Translations under genes and position numbers: made by a program
The notes under the pieces: generated by a model
Database searches by the model: none
Told to the model about the DNA's origin: nothing
The model's input: only the letters and a program-made list of their open reading frames with translations
Shown here: positions 46,951-57,850 of the stretch, one piece after another
Layout of the letters: each line of letters starts with the position of its first letter
Position numbering within the stretch: the first letter of the stretch is position 1
DNA from: Octopus bimaculoides
Taxonomy: Eukaryota
Assembly: GCF_001194135.2 (NCBI RefSeq)
Contig: NC_068986.1
Coordinates: forward strand, 115,038,485-115,102,484
Length of the DNA: 64,000 nucleotides
Direction: 5' to 3'

Positions 46951-49900
46951 AGTGTGTATATGCACCTGTCTATATATGTGTGTGTATATACATATGTCTG
47001 TGAGTGTATTTGAATGACTGCAGGTGTGTAAACACCCAGTTCTCTACACAAAGTCATGTAAACACACAAACCTCTACATGTATTACAATAATTAACTTGC
47101 TCCAGATAAACACAGATGTGCTGGCGCCACATGAAAAGCACCCATGGTGGCACCATGTGAACAGCACCTGCTCTGGTGTCACATAGAAAGCACCCAGTAC
47201 ACTGTGTAAAGTGGTTGGCATTAGGAAGGGCATCCAGCTGTGGAAACCATTACAAAACAGACAATTGAAGTCTGGTGCAGCTTTCTGGCTGGTCAGCTCC
47301 TGCCAAACTCATGCCAGCATGGGAAACGGATGTTAAATGATGATGATGATATACACACAAATGCATACTTGTATTTTACACACATACACACACACATTCA
47401 TCAGATCAGGTCTCCTGCCCCTAAATAGTTCACTATTTTGATACTTGGCTTTCTATGGCTCCTTGCGTAATGTAACCATTAGTCAGAATAGACAGGCAGA
47501 AGTGAGGGCTCTCCTCTCTTGGAAGACCAGAAAATATCATGAGTTGGCTCCTGTGCAGGTGGCATGTAAAATACACCATTTTGAGCGTGGCCGTTGCCAG
47601 TACCGCCTGACTGGCCCTCGTGCCGGTGGCACGTAAAAGCACCCACTACACTCTCTGAGTGGTTGGCTTTAAGAAGGGCATCTAGCTGTAGAAACTCTGC
47701 CAGATCAGATTGGAGCCTGGTGTAGCCATCTGGTTTCACCAGTCCTCAGTCAAATCGTCCAACCCATGCTAGCATGGAAAGCGGACGTCAAACGATGATG
47801 ATGCCCTTTCTCCTGTGATAACCACCACCAAAACGCACACACACACACAAAAGTGTAACACCTGGAATGTCTCAACTTACCGTTNNNNNNNNNNNNNNNN
47901 NNNNNNNNNNNNNNNNNNNNNNNNNNNNNNNNNNNNNNNNNNNNNNNNNNNNNNNNNNNNNNNNNNNNNNNNNNNNNNNNNNNNNNNNNNNNNNNNNNNN
48001 NNNNNNCGTTATCCATTTACACTGCAAACTTCTGCATGTCTGCCGCTGGCAATAAGTCAGGCCATTCTTGCAGCTGCATTTGGTGCAGTTGTCCAGTTTC
48101 CACACATCTCCATGTTGGTAGGATTGACCACGAGAAAAACAGCTGTTCCCTGTCACAACACGAAAATAGAAGAGGGTTAGAAGGGGTTAAAGAGGGAGTT
48201 GGAGGAGAGTTCAGAAGGACGGGGGGGGGGTGAGGAGGGGCTTAAACACATGTGGGTGTGGGTGTACTACTACAACAGACCATGTATACTATCACATACA
48301 CACATCACCTCTAACTGCTGCTGCTGTTACTGCTACTGCTACTACTACTACTACTACTACTACTACACAATAAGTACCACAAACTACTACACACACATAG
48401 ACTATCACAAACCATCGCATACATGTATACATACATACACCAACCCTCAACTCAATCAGTGAGGGACAGCTACATGGACGCTGATCAGCTAGAAATGGCA
48501 GTCAAATCTCCTTCAAATCACACCTGCTGCCTTAAAAAAAGGGTGCATTGGACAATTAGATGATAGATATATAAGTTGGGATGGGCATGAGTAGAGTGTA
48601 GATTATAAACCTACACAGTGAGAGCTAACCTACAGCTAGCTCTCACCTCCTCTTTTTATCGTCTCATGTACTTACTGTTAACACATTTGAATTTATCACA
48701 GCAGGAACCAGGCTGGTTGGTCGCCTTCTCCACCACCTCAATTCTATAGTTTTTAGAGCATTCAACAGCAGGGCACCTGTCTCTGTGTTGGCACTGGCAC
48801 CTGAAACAGGGACAAAGAAAAAGAGAGAGAGACAGAGTGAGATATGACAGGTAATATTATATTAAACTGATCACACACACACACACAAAGTGGCAACCAC
48901 ATAGAGATAAAAACACAAACATAGAATCAATGCTTACACAGATTCTGCAGAGCAACAGCCATCCTTGCTGAGTTTTTTCACCGTGTTGACACTGTCCTTG
49001 GGACAGGATTTTGGCTTAGGGCATCTCACCAGCAAACAATTTCCTGCAAGAAAAAAGAATCTACATATTTGTACTTTTAAGTAGAGAATAATGAAAATAA
49101 GGGCCTTATGAGGGGAACTACAAAGAAAGGACAAAGAAGAGGTGTACAACGGGGAGTAGGTAGGAAGGTAGATGAGAGGCATGCGAGAAGCATAAGATAC
49201 TTGCTCAAGGTGCTGTGCAGTGGGGCTTAAACCCAAGATCGCATGGTTGGCAAACAAGCTTTTTAACCACACAGCCACACCAATATTTTTCTATAGGTGT
49301 AAAATCTTTGTCAACTGATCAAGCAGGTTTGAATAGAATATACTCTACTGATGAGGTATAGTGGACCAAAACATGTCCATAGTTATCTGCCTTGCTGCAA
49401 TTTCCCCTAAGCATGTAAATTAATTTGGTGAAATAAAGACTTCATTTAAAAAAAAAAATATATGTTCCTTTTTCTTTGGGAATTGCTAACAATGACCACT
49501 AGGTTTTTGTTTTCTTCCTCCAACTAAAAGAGGACACTTCAATTAAAATTTTTTTGCATCAAACATGGAATACCCCCCACCCCCACCCCTTAATTTAGTC
49601 ACCATAGTAACAGGCAAGAAGATGATGTTGGTCAGAAGAAAGAACCTCAATTGAACCAACTGATAATTTATTTGTAAATTAAGACGAGGAACTGAATGGC
49701 AGAGCAGTGTGATAGGTAATGGTGTCAGCCAGCGGTCAGTCCAACCAGCAAGCAGTTGGTAGGAAAATTCTTCAAGTCTCGTAAGTTATTTTTTCAGTTG
49801 TTCTAAAATAAGAGCTTACTATTCTGTTAATACTTTTTATGCATTTTATGTGCGTGTGAGCAACTGTTTCTATATAGCTATTCATATGTCCATTTTCCAT

Positions 49901-50684
49901 GCTGGCAGGGGTTGGACAGTTTGACTGGATCTGGAGAGCCAGTGGCTACACCAGGCTCCACTCTGATCTGGCAGTGTTTCTACAGCTGGATGCCCTTCCT
50001 AACGCCAACCACTCCAAGAGTGTAGTAGGTGCTTTTTACGTGCCACCAGCACAGGGGTCAGTCAGGCGGACCTGGCATTGATCACATTCAAATAGTGCTC
50101 TTTAGGTTCCACTGGCATGGGGAGCCTGTCAAGGGGTACTGGCAGCAGCCATTTTTGGATGATGTCTTTTACGTGCCACCGGCACGTGAGCCAGTCAGGG
50201 AGTACTGGCATCGATCACATTTGGATAGTGCTTTTTACATGTCACCGCCAATGGGGGCCAGTCAGGCAGTCCTGGCATATATNNNNNNNNNNNNNNNNNN
50301 NNNNNNNNNNNNNNNNNNNNNNNNNNNNNNNNNNNNNNNNNNNNNNNNNNNNNNNNNNNNNNNNNNNNNNNNNNNNNNNNNNNNNNNNNNNNNNNNNNNN
50401 NNNNNNNNNNNNNNNNNNNNNNNNNNNNNNNNNNNNNNNNNNNNNNNNNNNNNNNNNNNNNNNNNNNNNNNNNNNNNNNNNNNNNNNNNNNGTGTAGTGG
50501 GTGCTTTTACGTGTCACCCGCACGAAGGCCAGTCAGGCGGTACTGGCAACGGCCACGCTCGAAATAGTATCATTTAAAATAGTTTGATTAGGTGCTCAGA
50601 TACATGTGTGTGTGTGTGTGCATGCATGCATAAATATATGCACTCATCTGACCAGTGCACCCATGGAAAAATGGCCGTTAAACA

Positions 50685-50760
<76 letters not shown>

Positions 50761-51016
50761 CACAAACACATATCAATCTATCTATTTATCTGTCTATATA
50801 TATATCTATACACACACACATATACAGTTAAAATTTACAGGAAAACAAAAGATGAAGATAGGTATATGAACAACAAGCAGGTGTATTAGTTTAATGCTAG
50901 GGAAAAATGAAAAAGTCTTTTATGTTTTGAGCCTATGCTCTTCGACAGAAAGGAACACAATGAAATAAACAGAGAGAGAGAGTAAAAAAACTTGTGGATT
51001 TAGTAGTTAAAAGAGT

Positions 51017-51056
<40 letters not shown>

Positions 51057-52562
51057 AATAGACACATAGATATACACACTCCACACGAATAGATTTCATT
51101 ATTGCTATGTCATACAGATTAACTTAACCTTTCATCCTTTCAGTATCAAAATAAAGTACCAGTCAAGTACTGGGGTCAATGTAATTGACTGTCCCACTTC
51201 ACCTCAAAACGCTGCCTTTAGAACTAAATTAGAAATTATTATTATTATTATTATTATACTTATTATTATTTTCCAAAGTCATATGAAATAATACGTCTTA
51301 AAATTAGCTCCATCACGAGGAACATCACAGTCACACCATGCTTTCCACTCTGCAGAGATGAGGCTTCAGAAACGCAGTTTAATTTCCACTTATGCTACAG
51401 TTATATTTTACGCATTACAAAACTGCTCTCATGCTACATGTGATTAATAAACATTATGCAACACCATATAAACTGAATTTGGAAAGACAGTGGATATTGT
51501 GTTTAACAATACATTAATAGCAGCCACTTACTGAACATCATTCATTAAATTCCATATATTAATTAGTATTTTTATAATGAGACTGAAATCATTTACTTCT
51601 TGGTTTAATGAATAATAATGTCAGTTTTAGTTCATCTCTTGCCTATCCAGAGGCCACATTCCTGTTATTTGCACTAGTATCAAAAGCAGTGGCTCTAGAC
51701 CCTTTTAATATCAGGGCCAAATCTAGACCTGGATTTTTTTAGGGGGCTGCACCACAAAAAAGTAAAACAAAAGTCTATTAAAGGAACATATATTAAATTT
51801 ATAGAGAGAAGACTGTCAAGGGTCACCAGAAGGATGCTTGAGGGCCACATGAGGATCAGGGAGCTGTGGTTGGTAACTGCTGATCTAGTCTTCTTCAGTT
51901 GTGGCTTGTTAAGGGTTTTCTGCACCTGTAAAGTTCCTTGCAGACATGGACATGGTTTACATGTGGGACAACTAGCAGCTGCCCATGCATGCATGTCCAC
52001 TCCCACCTCTCCTCATGCCACCAATGATGTCTGAGGGGAAACCCAAGGTCAATACAGTTTCTTTGTTATTGTTATCACAGATGTGACCACCAGACTGCAA
52101 AGACCAGGTACAGTTTCCATAAAACATCCTCTCTGTTTTCCATTACAGTTCTATAATTCCACCACCCAGAACTGGTACCCTTTAAACAATCTGGAAAGGA
52201 TAAAATTAAACTCAGAATGTAGGGAGTCGTGAGAAACTATAGTTTTAAATTTTGGAATAATGACAACAATGTTAGGTGAGGGGTCAATCAATTACATCAA
52301 ACCCAAATCCCAACCGATACTTCTGTCACTGACCCCAAATGGATGAAAGGCAAAGTTGACCTTGGTAGAATTGGTGCTCAGAATGTAGAGAACTGGAAGA
52401 AATTCCATTGAGCATTTTGTCTGCTGTGCTTAAGATTCTGTCAGCTTGCCACCTTAGGTCATAAGAAATAATGCAAGACATTTCCATCTAGTTTTTATAA
52501 TGATTCTTCAATTTGACTATACATATATGTAAATATATATATGTATGTATATCATCATCATC

Positions 52563-52594
<32 letters not shown>

Positions 52595-55500
52595 TATGTG
52601 TGTGTGTGTGTGTTTATACACACACACAACAGGTTTCTTTTAGTTTCCGTCTACATAATTCACTCATAAGGCTTTGGCTGGACCAGGGCTATAGTGGAAG
52701 ACACTTGCCCAAGGTGCCATGCAGTGGGACTGAACTCGGATCCAAGTGGTCAGGAAGCAAATTTCTTACCACAATGATCAAATAATCAAAACTGCTTTGA
52801 TATATATATATAGAGAGAGAAGCTTTGTTTTGTATGTCCTTCACATCACTAGTCTATAATCTATTTGCTCTATAAACCTTGGACAGGCCAGTATTGAAGT
52901 TTGTATTCTACAAAGCAGAATATATTGAGATGTATTCCTAAGTAATATTAATTTGTCAGCCTGTCTAGCTATCTCTTGCTACTATATTTAAATCACCACC
53001 ACCACCACCACCACCACCACCACCGCCGCCGCCAGGGAGATAATGTACAGATTACCTTTACCACTATCACCTCCTCCTCCACCATCATCATACAGATGCC
53101 ATCATACAAAGACGCAGAAATGTAAAGAATCTCAATGTCATTACATTTAACAAGACATTCGCAGGTGTGGGAGGAGTGGTGGCAGGTAACTGTTATAGTG
53201 GTAGTGGTAACTGTGGTGAAGTCAGTGGTGGTGGTGGTGGTGGTGGTGGTGGTGGTGGTGGGTTAATGTTATACAAATGTTAATATCATACACATTGGCA
53301 GAATCTGTAGAGCATCAGATAAAATGCTTTCTGTTATTTGTTTTTGGTTCTTGAGGTTCTAAGTTCAAATTCCACCAAGGTTAACTTTGCTTTTCATCTT
53401 TTAGGGAATTGGGGGGTGTTAATAAAATACCAGTTAAATTTTGGGGGTCAGTTTAATTGCTTAAATCCTTTCCACAACTTTCTGGAAATGTACCTGTATT
53501 AAAAACTGGGTGGTTGGATTAGAAGGATCTGTTCAATGTTGGACAAAGTGCCTTCTGGTTATTTAGGGATGGTTCTTTGCTTTCTGATTTCAAATCCCGT
53601 CAATGTAAACTTTGTAATTCATTCTTTCGAGGTCAATAAAATTATTTTATTTCTTTCTTTCTTATCTTTTATGTAAATCCTCTCACAAACTGTCTATTCT
53701 TCTGACATCCCCCTCACCTATGCCCAGGTGGCTAACAAAAGAAATTATTACTATTATTATTATTATGATTATTATTCAAATGCTGTCAAGGCTGACTTTG
53801 CCTCTCATCTTTTGGAGTTGATAAAATACATACCAGTTAAATACTGGGGGTTGATGTAACTGATTATCTCTCTCCCCACAAATTTCAGGCCTTGTGCCTA
53901 TAGTAGAAAGGGTTATTACTACTATTATTATTATTATTATTATTTATTATCATTATTATTATCGGTGAGTTGGCAGAATTGTAGGCATGCCAGACAAAGT
54001 GCCTAGTGGTATTTCATCTGTCTTTATGTTCTGAGTTCAAATTCTACCGTGGTCGACTTTACCTTTCATCCTTTGGGGGTTGATAAAACAGGTACCAGTC
54101 GAGCATCCAGTGTTGATATAATTAAGTTCCCACCCACCTAAAAAAAAAAAAAAAATTGCTGGCCCTGTGCCAAAATTTGAAACCATAACTATTACTGGTG
54201 AGCTGGCAGACTGGCAGAATCACAAGTCTGTCACATAAAATGTTTAAATGGTATTTCTTCAGCTTCTTTATATTCTTTTCTACTCTAGGCTCAAGGCCCA
54301 AAATTTTGGGAGAGGGGGCCAGTCGATTAGATCGACCCAAGTACGCAACTGGTATTTAGTTTATCGACCCTGAAAGGATAAAAGGCAAAGTCGACCTTGG
54401 TGGAATTTGAACTCAGAATGTAAAGACAGACGAAATACCACCAAGCATTTTGCCTGGCATGCTACCATTTCTGCCGGCTCCCTGCCTTCTGGTTCTTTAT
54501 ATTCTGTGGATTCAAATACTTTTAAAATCAACTTTTGCCCTTTTAAGGACATCAAAATAAAGTATTTCTTTTCTCTCAAAATTACTGATCTTCAACCTAA
54601 ATTAGAAACAATTGTTATTATTGTTACAGGGGTTACTATTGTAGTCTAATCAGAGCGGGAATATCAAATGATACAAACAAAACCCTTTATATGCATCAGG
54701 GGCAATCCAACACATTGAACAGAAGTAACTCCATCACACAGAGTAGTGATAATCATCTCTGATACAGTGGTTAATCTTCCTCATGGTGACATAAGGAGAA
54801 GATAATCCTTCATAATTTCACAGCTTCTTCAAACTATCATAAACTATAAAATATACGAAGTCTATCATTTAGGATCAATAGTTAATAGACCTCCAGGGAT
54901 CATTTTGTGGTCATCCTGTCTTTACTGTGGGACATTTTGTTCTAATATTGGTTTAAAATTTTGGCACAAGGCCAGAAATTTGGGAAGAGAGGGTCAGTCA
55001 GTTATATGGATCCTGGTTTCTACTGATAAATATTTTATCAACCCTGGAAGGATCATCATCATCATCATCATCACCACCACTGCCAACACCACCGTTTAAC
55101 GTATATTTTCCATGCTGGCACGGATTGGACAGTTCAACCGGGGTCTGGGAAGCCAGGAGGCTGCCCTAGGCCCCAATCTGATCTGGCAGTGTTTCTACAG
55201 CTGGATGCCCTTCTTAATGCCAGCCATGCTTTTTTACGTGCCACCGGCACAGGGGCCAGAGGGGGCTGGCAATGACCACGATCAGTTGGTTCCTTTTTAC
55301 GTGCCACTGGCACGGAAGCCAGTCAAGGCAGCGCTGGCATCGATCACGTTCAGATGGTGCCTTTTAGGTGCCACCGGCATGGGGATCACAACTACAATTT
55401 CCATTTAATTTTGATGATTTTGATGTTGATCGACTTCCATAGAATTTGAACTCAGAACCTGCTGAAGCATTTTGTCCAGCATGCTAACGATTCCAGTTGT

Positions 55501-57573
55501 CTTACTTTGTCCTAACACTGACAACTTAAACGTTCAGGTTTGTTAAGTAGTAGGACATAGGACAAACACATAACCTCCATTACATTAGGACTTGTAGGTC
55601 CTTACACTGAAAGGTGATCTCAATTGAACAAGTGACCCTTACTTAGATTTATTTTTTTACCTGGCACAAAGTGATCTTGTTAGTGTTAGTTTGGTGGTGG
55701 TTGTTGTTGTTGTTGTTGTGGCACCTTTGTTGTCTTATCTTCTCACATACCCCCCTCCTCCCCCCCACACTCACAATAACAAGGAACAGTAAAAGTGTAA
55801 CAAATGAATACATCAAAGACATCAACACAAACACCAACACACACAAAAACACCATCCCACTAGGTGGCTCCCCCTCCCTCACCCTATCAAAACCACTATT
55901 TAAAACCTAGCCACCACCACTTCCTACCCAACACAAACACCAGCTACACAGGTATGATATATATTTACCTGTTAGGCAAGCCAAGTCAAACCCCACCCCA
56001 CTACCCCTTTCTTGCTTTAATACATGCAGTTCTGACACCTGGTTGTTTAGCCCTAGGTCAATCCTGATGGAGCAGACCTATGATCAAAAATATTCTGGAT
56101 GTGACTGACTTGTCTTTTCTTTTTTAAGTTACCTTTAATTACACTGTTTAATGTGTCCTTCCCTTTCTTAAAAAGGTGGAGTGTCATTTGAGGGAAATTT
56201 GGCTGCTATTTCTACCAGATGGAAAGACCACAGAGAGGTTTCCTTATGACTTGATGGTGGTGTAGTGTAAGATGATAGGGGGGAAAGGGGAGAGAAGGTG
56301 GAGGGGAGAACATGAGATAAATTAAAACATGTCAACAGGTGCCCTCCCTAGTAAGGGGGTGGTGAGGAAGGTGATGTGTAAGGTGGTGGTGGAAGTGTGG
56401 AGTGTAAGGTAGTGGAGGAGGGTGGTGGAGGAGGGTGGTGGTGGTGGTGTGTGGGGTGTTTTGTTATTGTCATGTAAGGAATGTCTTGAGAATGGCTGGA
56501 ATGTGACGAGACTAAAAGATATGTGAGACAATTGGACTTTGGTGCCTCCACACACGGTTCTAATGGTGGGTATGTTGTCTGTCTAAAGATTGAACACAAT
56601 AAAGAGACATGTGGACCCTATTTTAAAGAAAGTAGGGAGTCTGTGAAGGGTAGAATGACCTTATCAACACAAACTACATTGTTGGTTTAAAACTATCATC
56701 ATCATCTTGTCACTATCACCATCATCATCGTTTAGCATTCACTTTTCCATGCTTGGATGGAATTCATTGAAGCAGATTTTCTATAGCCAGATGCCCTTCC
56801 TGTCACCAACCCTTACCTGTTTCCAAGCAAAGTAATGCTTCCACATGTCCAGTTAGGTTTTTTTTCAAAGAAGATTGGAAATGGTGGGCACTGCTTGCAT
56901 TATGGTGATACAACTATCAGATGATGTCAAAGCAGGGAGACACTAACACACACACACATACGTATACATACATATACACACATATACCTGATGGGCTTCT
57001 TTCAGTTTCCAATGATCAAATTCACTTAAAAGGATAGGCCCAGATCTACAGAAAACATCTGCCCAAGGTGCCATGCAGTGAGGCTGAACCAGGAACTTGC
57101 TAGAAATAGCAAATTACATCCTACCATTTTGAAAAAGAGAAAGAAAGACAGTCTTAAACAAACCCTAAAAATAGATGAGGTGGTCACTGTTGGAATACCT
57201 TTCATCAAAGGTCTTTTTCATCAAGTTAATCCTGGGGATTAAGCAACAAAACTTTTAACTCCTTACTCGCAAGATAACCCTAAAACAAAACCCCACACAA
57301 ACTTACTGTTCCGTTTACAGACGAAGTTATCACAGCAATCTCCTGGCTTTCTGGAGCCATGGTGCACTCGCTGCGGCAGATATCCAACAATGCACTTTGG
57401 TATGTTGCAAGCATCCATATTGCACTGACAAGTGAGTCTCTCCTTGCAGCAGCTCTCCATCGATGCGCTTCCGGTTGCACCACTCACATTGGCCACAAGT
57501 AAAGAATCCCTCGGACACTGGTACTTTATTGTGGTATCACAGCCAACATTGCGACATGGATCGGGGATGTCAC
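31923..57573 (-). CDS. CRIM1: Cysteine-rich motor neuron 1-like protein (CRIM1), 5'-partial, 12 exons
   Basis: Exons: 57573-57307, 49043-48938, 48800-48676, 48149-47881 (gapped), 46758-46582, 44463-44296, 40372-40118, 39062-38826, 36280-36065, 34578-34363, 34032-33898, 32030-31923. Every junction is GT-AG with a compatible phase. The order Cys-rich repeats, vWC, antistasin, vWC, stalk, TM is characteristic of CRIM1. Signal peptide/IGFBP exons were not found in 57574-64000. Confidence 0.92.
32317..32997. repeat. 16-bp minisatellite (ttacatgcagtggaga), about 41 copies
   Basis: Directly visible tandem units; the ORF track shows a 16-aa (3-unit) periodic pseudo-ORF in the three plus frames. Confidence 0.95.
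33898..34032 (-). CDS. CRIM1: CRIM1 juxtamembrane stalk exon (DNETKTAKSIVSKEIPIVLTTVGPPEVIKEKVNKKPTSYATGITA)
   Basis: tctttgccag| acceptor, |gtatgt donor, 135 nt, phase 1-1, open frame. Assigned by position and phase only; low sequence conservation. Confidence 0.7.
34363..34578 (-). CDS. CRIM1: CRIM1 vWC exon 5 (YCRGETSFKHGEVWRVSPCQSCMC...RKGQCCAVCL)
   Basis: ttcttcaccag| acceptor, |gtaagt donor, 216 nt. Confidence 0.93.
35231..35483 (-). mobile_element. tRNA-headed SINE-like element carrying a hammerhead ribozyme motif
   Basis: Minus strand: gggcatatggcatagaggttaag...cttcgattccaggc tRNA-like head (35483-35412), (TAA)n, body, then GACAC-CTGATGA-aGGCTG(10 nt)CAGCC-GAAAC-ATT-GTGTT (35329-35284). 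Confidence 0.75.
35284..35329 (-). ncRNA. Minimal type I hammerhead ribozyme motif (stem III imperfect)
   Basis: Intact CUGAUGA and GAAA core; 5-bp stem II; stem I GACAC/GUGUU; loop-less stem III AC-AU with one mismatch. Confidence 0.65.
35547..35760 (+). mobile_element. Headless inverted copy of the same hammerhead element, with its 3' tail
   Basis: Reverse complement of 35231-35410; the core reads CTGATGA...CAGCC-AAAAT-ATT (GAAA mutated). The tail gtacataattcctcatctcttaaatatagaac also recurs near 38390-38437. Confidence 0.75.
36065..36280 (-). CDS. CRIM1: CRIM1 vWC exon 4 (TCHGNNGNDYVEGEVWQLGKCTSCIC...QCCPLCP)
   Basis: tacctgcag| acceptor, |gtaagt donor, 216 nt. Confidence 0.93.
37301..38068 (-). 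mobile_element. RTE/RTEX-type LINE 3' portion: RT C-terminus, 3'UTR and (GAT)n tail
   Basis: Decayed frames TKGRLYDA..TAIL.GGEMWAL.AEDMQRLERNE.SML.RMCNVSVH and RGRGRPRKIWDEV..DD.R.LNL typical of RTE-clade ORF ends. These run directly into the aaaagcacc...catggaaa.ggatgttaaatg...gatgatg tail. Confidence 0.85.
38826..39062 (-). CDS. CRIM1: CRIM1 vWC exon 3 (SCMSNGRHYKDGDMWYDGCRECYC...GDCCPSCA)
   Basis: tctttcag| acceptor, |gtaagt donor, 237 nt; W.DGCRECYC...C.LITC is characteristic of CRIM1 vWC3. The correct frame is not in the ORF track. Confidence 0.94.
39370..39602 (-). mobile_element. mariner-type internal-deletion remnant bracketed by about 30-bp inverted repeats
   Basis: Minus-strand HHNNAPVQSAQLVQQFLSKHNIPQ and HSPGLAPCNF resemble mariner HHDNAPAH...YSPDLAP.DF. 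The ends agtgcttggaagtg..tgtagag and ctctacacacttccaagcact are inverted. No clear TA TSD. Confidence 0.6.
40118..40372 (-). CDS. CRIM1: CRIM1 antistasin-repeat exon (three repeats, the first with only 4 Cys)
   Basis: cattctcag| acceptor, |gtaagt donor, 255 nt; C..RC.FG.....GC..C.C pattern. Confidence 0.93.
40822..41142 (+). mobile_element. Tc1/mariner (maT/DD37D-like) transposase remnant
   Basis: NRWLAVSPKHV.RV.K.KHPV.I..FGVITSDGDVM.PF.FP.GLRLNTEAYI.CLEE.VL.*...YV*QQDSAPCHTSRRTQ.WL..NFCDHI.PNIW, with in-frame stops. Confidence 0.85.
41790..42018. repeat. (GAT/GGT)-rich repeat with a 90-bp higher-order unit, running into a gap
   Basis: Two consecutive identical 90-bp units plus partial copies before the N gap. 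Confidence 0.8.
43335..43570 (-). mobile_element. Second R4/Dong-like subfamily 3' end
   Basis: EKYMEQIRVAIRVEPMQK..ALLGTARILWKVLEK* (one frameshift) plus 3'UTR ending in (TAA)-rich sequence. Confidence 0.7.
44296..44463 (-). CDS. CRIM1: CRIM1 vWC exon 2 (GCMNGDRLYKNSEKWKEEGC...VPGQCCPVCE)
   Basis: Weak ccgaag| acceptor, |gtaagt donor, 168 nt, phase 1-1. Confidence 0.9.
46582..46758 (-). CDS. CRIM1: CRIM1 vWC exon 1b (NICFSDGRIYQHLAEWKHDNC...VPQGQCCPVCK)
   Basis: ttctgtag| acceptor, |gtatgt donor, 177 nt, phase 1-1. Confidence 0.93.
47881..48149 (-). CDS. CRIM1: CRIM1 vWC exon 1a (NSCFSRGQSYQHGDVWKLDNCTKCSC...WIT-gap), interrupted by an N gap
   Basis: gtgacag| acceptor; a G|gtaagt donor lies just beyond the gap. 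vWC Cys pattern. Confidence 0.8.
48676..48800 (-). CDS. CRIM1: CRIM1 exon (CQCQHRDRCPAVECSKNYRIEVVEKATNQPGSCCDKFKCVN)
   Basis: gtttcag| acceptor, |gtaagt donor, 125 nt, phase 2-1. Not in the ORF track. Confidence 0.9.
48938..49043 (-). CDS. CRIM1: CRIM1 exon (NCLLVRCPKPKSCPKDSVNTVKKLSKDGCCSAESV)
   Basis: ttcttgcag| acceptor, |gtaagc donor, 106 nt, phase 1-2. Confidence 0.9.
51687..51882. mobile_element. Decayed hAT-like MITE
   Basis: CAGTGGCTCTAGACCCTTTT start and gagggccacatg...ggttggtaactgctg end resemble Charlie-type MITE termini. TSD poorly preserved. Confidence 0.45.
57307..57573 (-). CDS. CRIM1: CRIM1 exon: Cys-rich N-terminal repeat (DIPDPCRNVGC...KPGDCCDNFVCKRN)
   Basis: gtttttcag| acceptor, |gtaagt donor, 267 nt, phase 1-1; the KPG.CCD...C motif resembles vertebrate CRIM1. 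Confidence 0.92.
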
Positions 57574-57850
57574 CTGAAAAACAGCAGACACACAGACAGA
57601 TATATACTGATGGGCCATAACAGTAAATACATTGCAAAGCATGTTATGTGTGTGTGTATGAGTGTGAGAGTGTATATACAGTGTGTGTGTATGCAAAAGT
57701 AGGTGTACAGTTAAGTGTCACATCAATGTTATAATAATTAATTCATCAAGGTTATTAGCATATTAAATTAGTTAGTCTCAGTTTTGATATTTTCAGTGTC
57801 ATTAAACATTAAAGTACATTTATCATTTCTACATCTCTCTAAAGGAGACT

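Noticed and set aside
51695-52006. Cys cluster CPTCKPCPCLQG as a possible extra CRIM1 exon
   Set aside because: No pyrimidine-rich acceptor, no phase-1 donor, and the flanking exons (57307 to 49043) already join in frame and collinearly with CRIM1.
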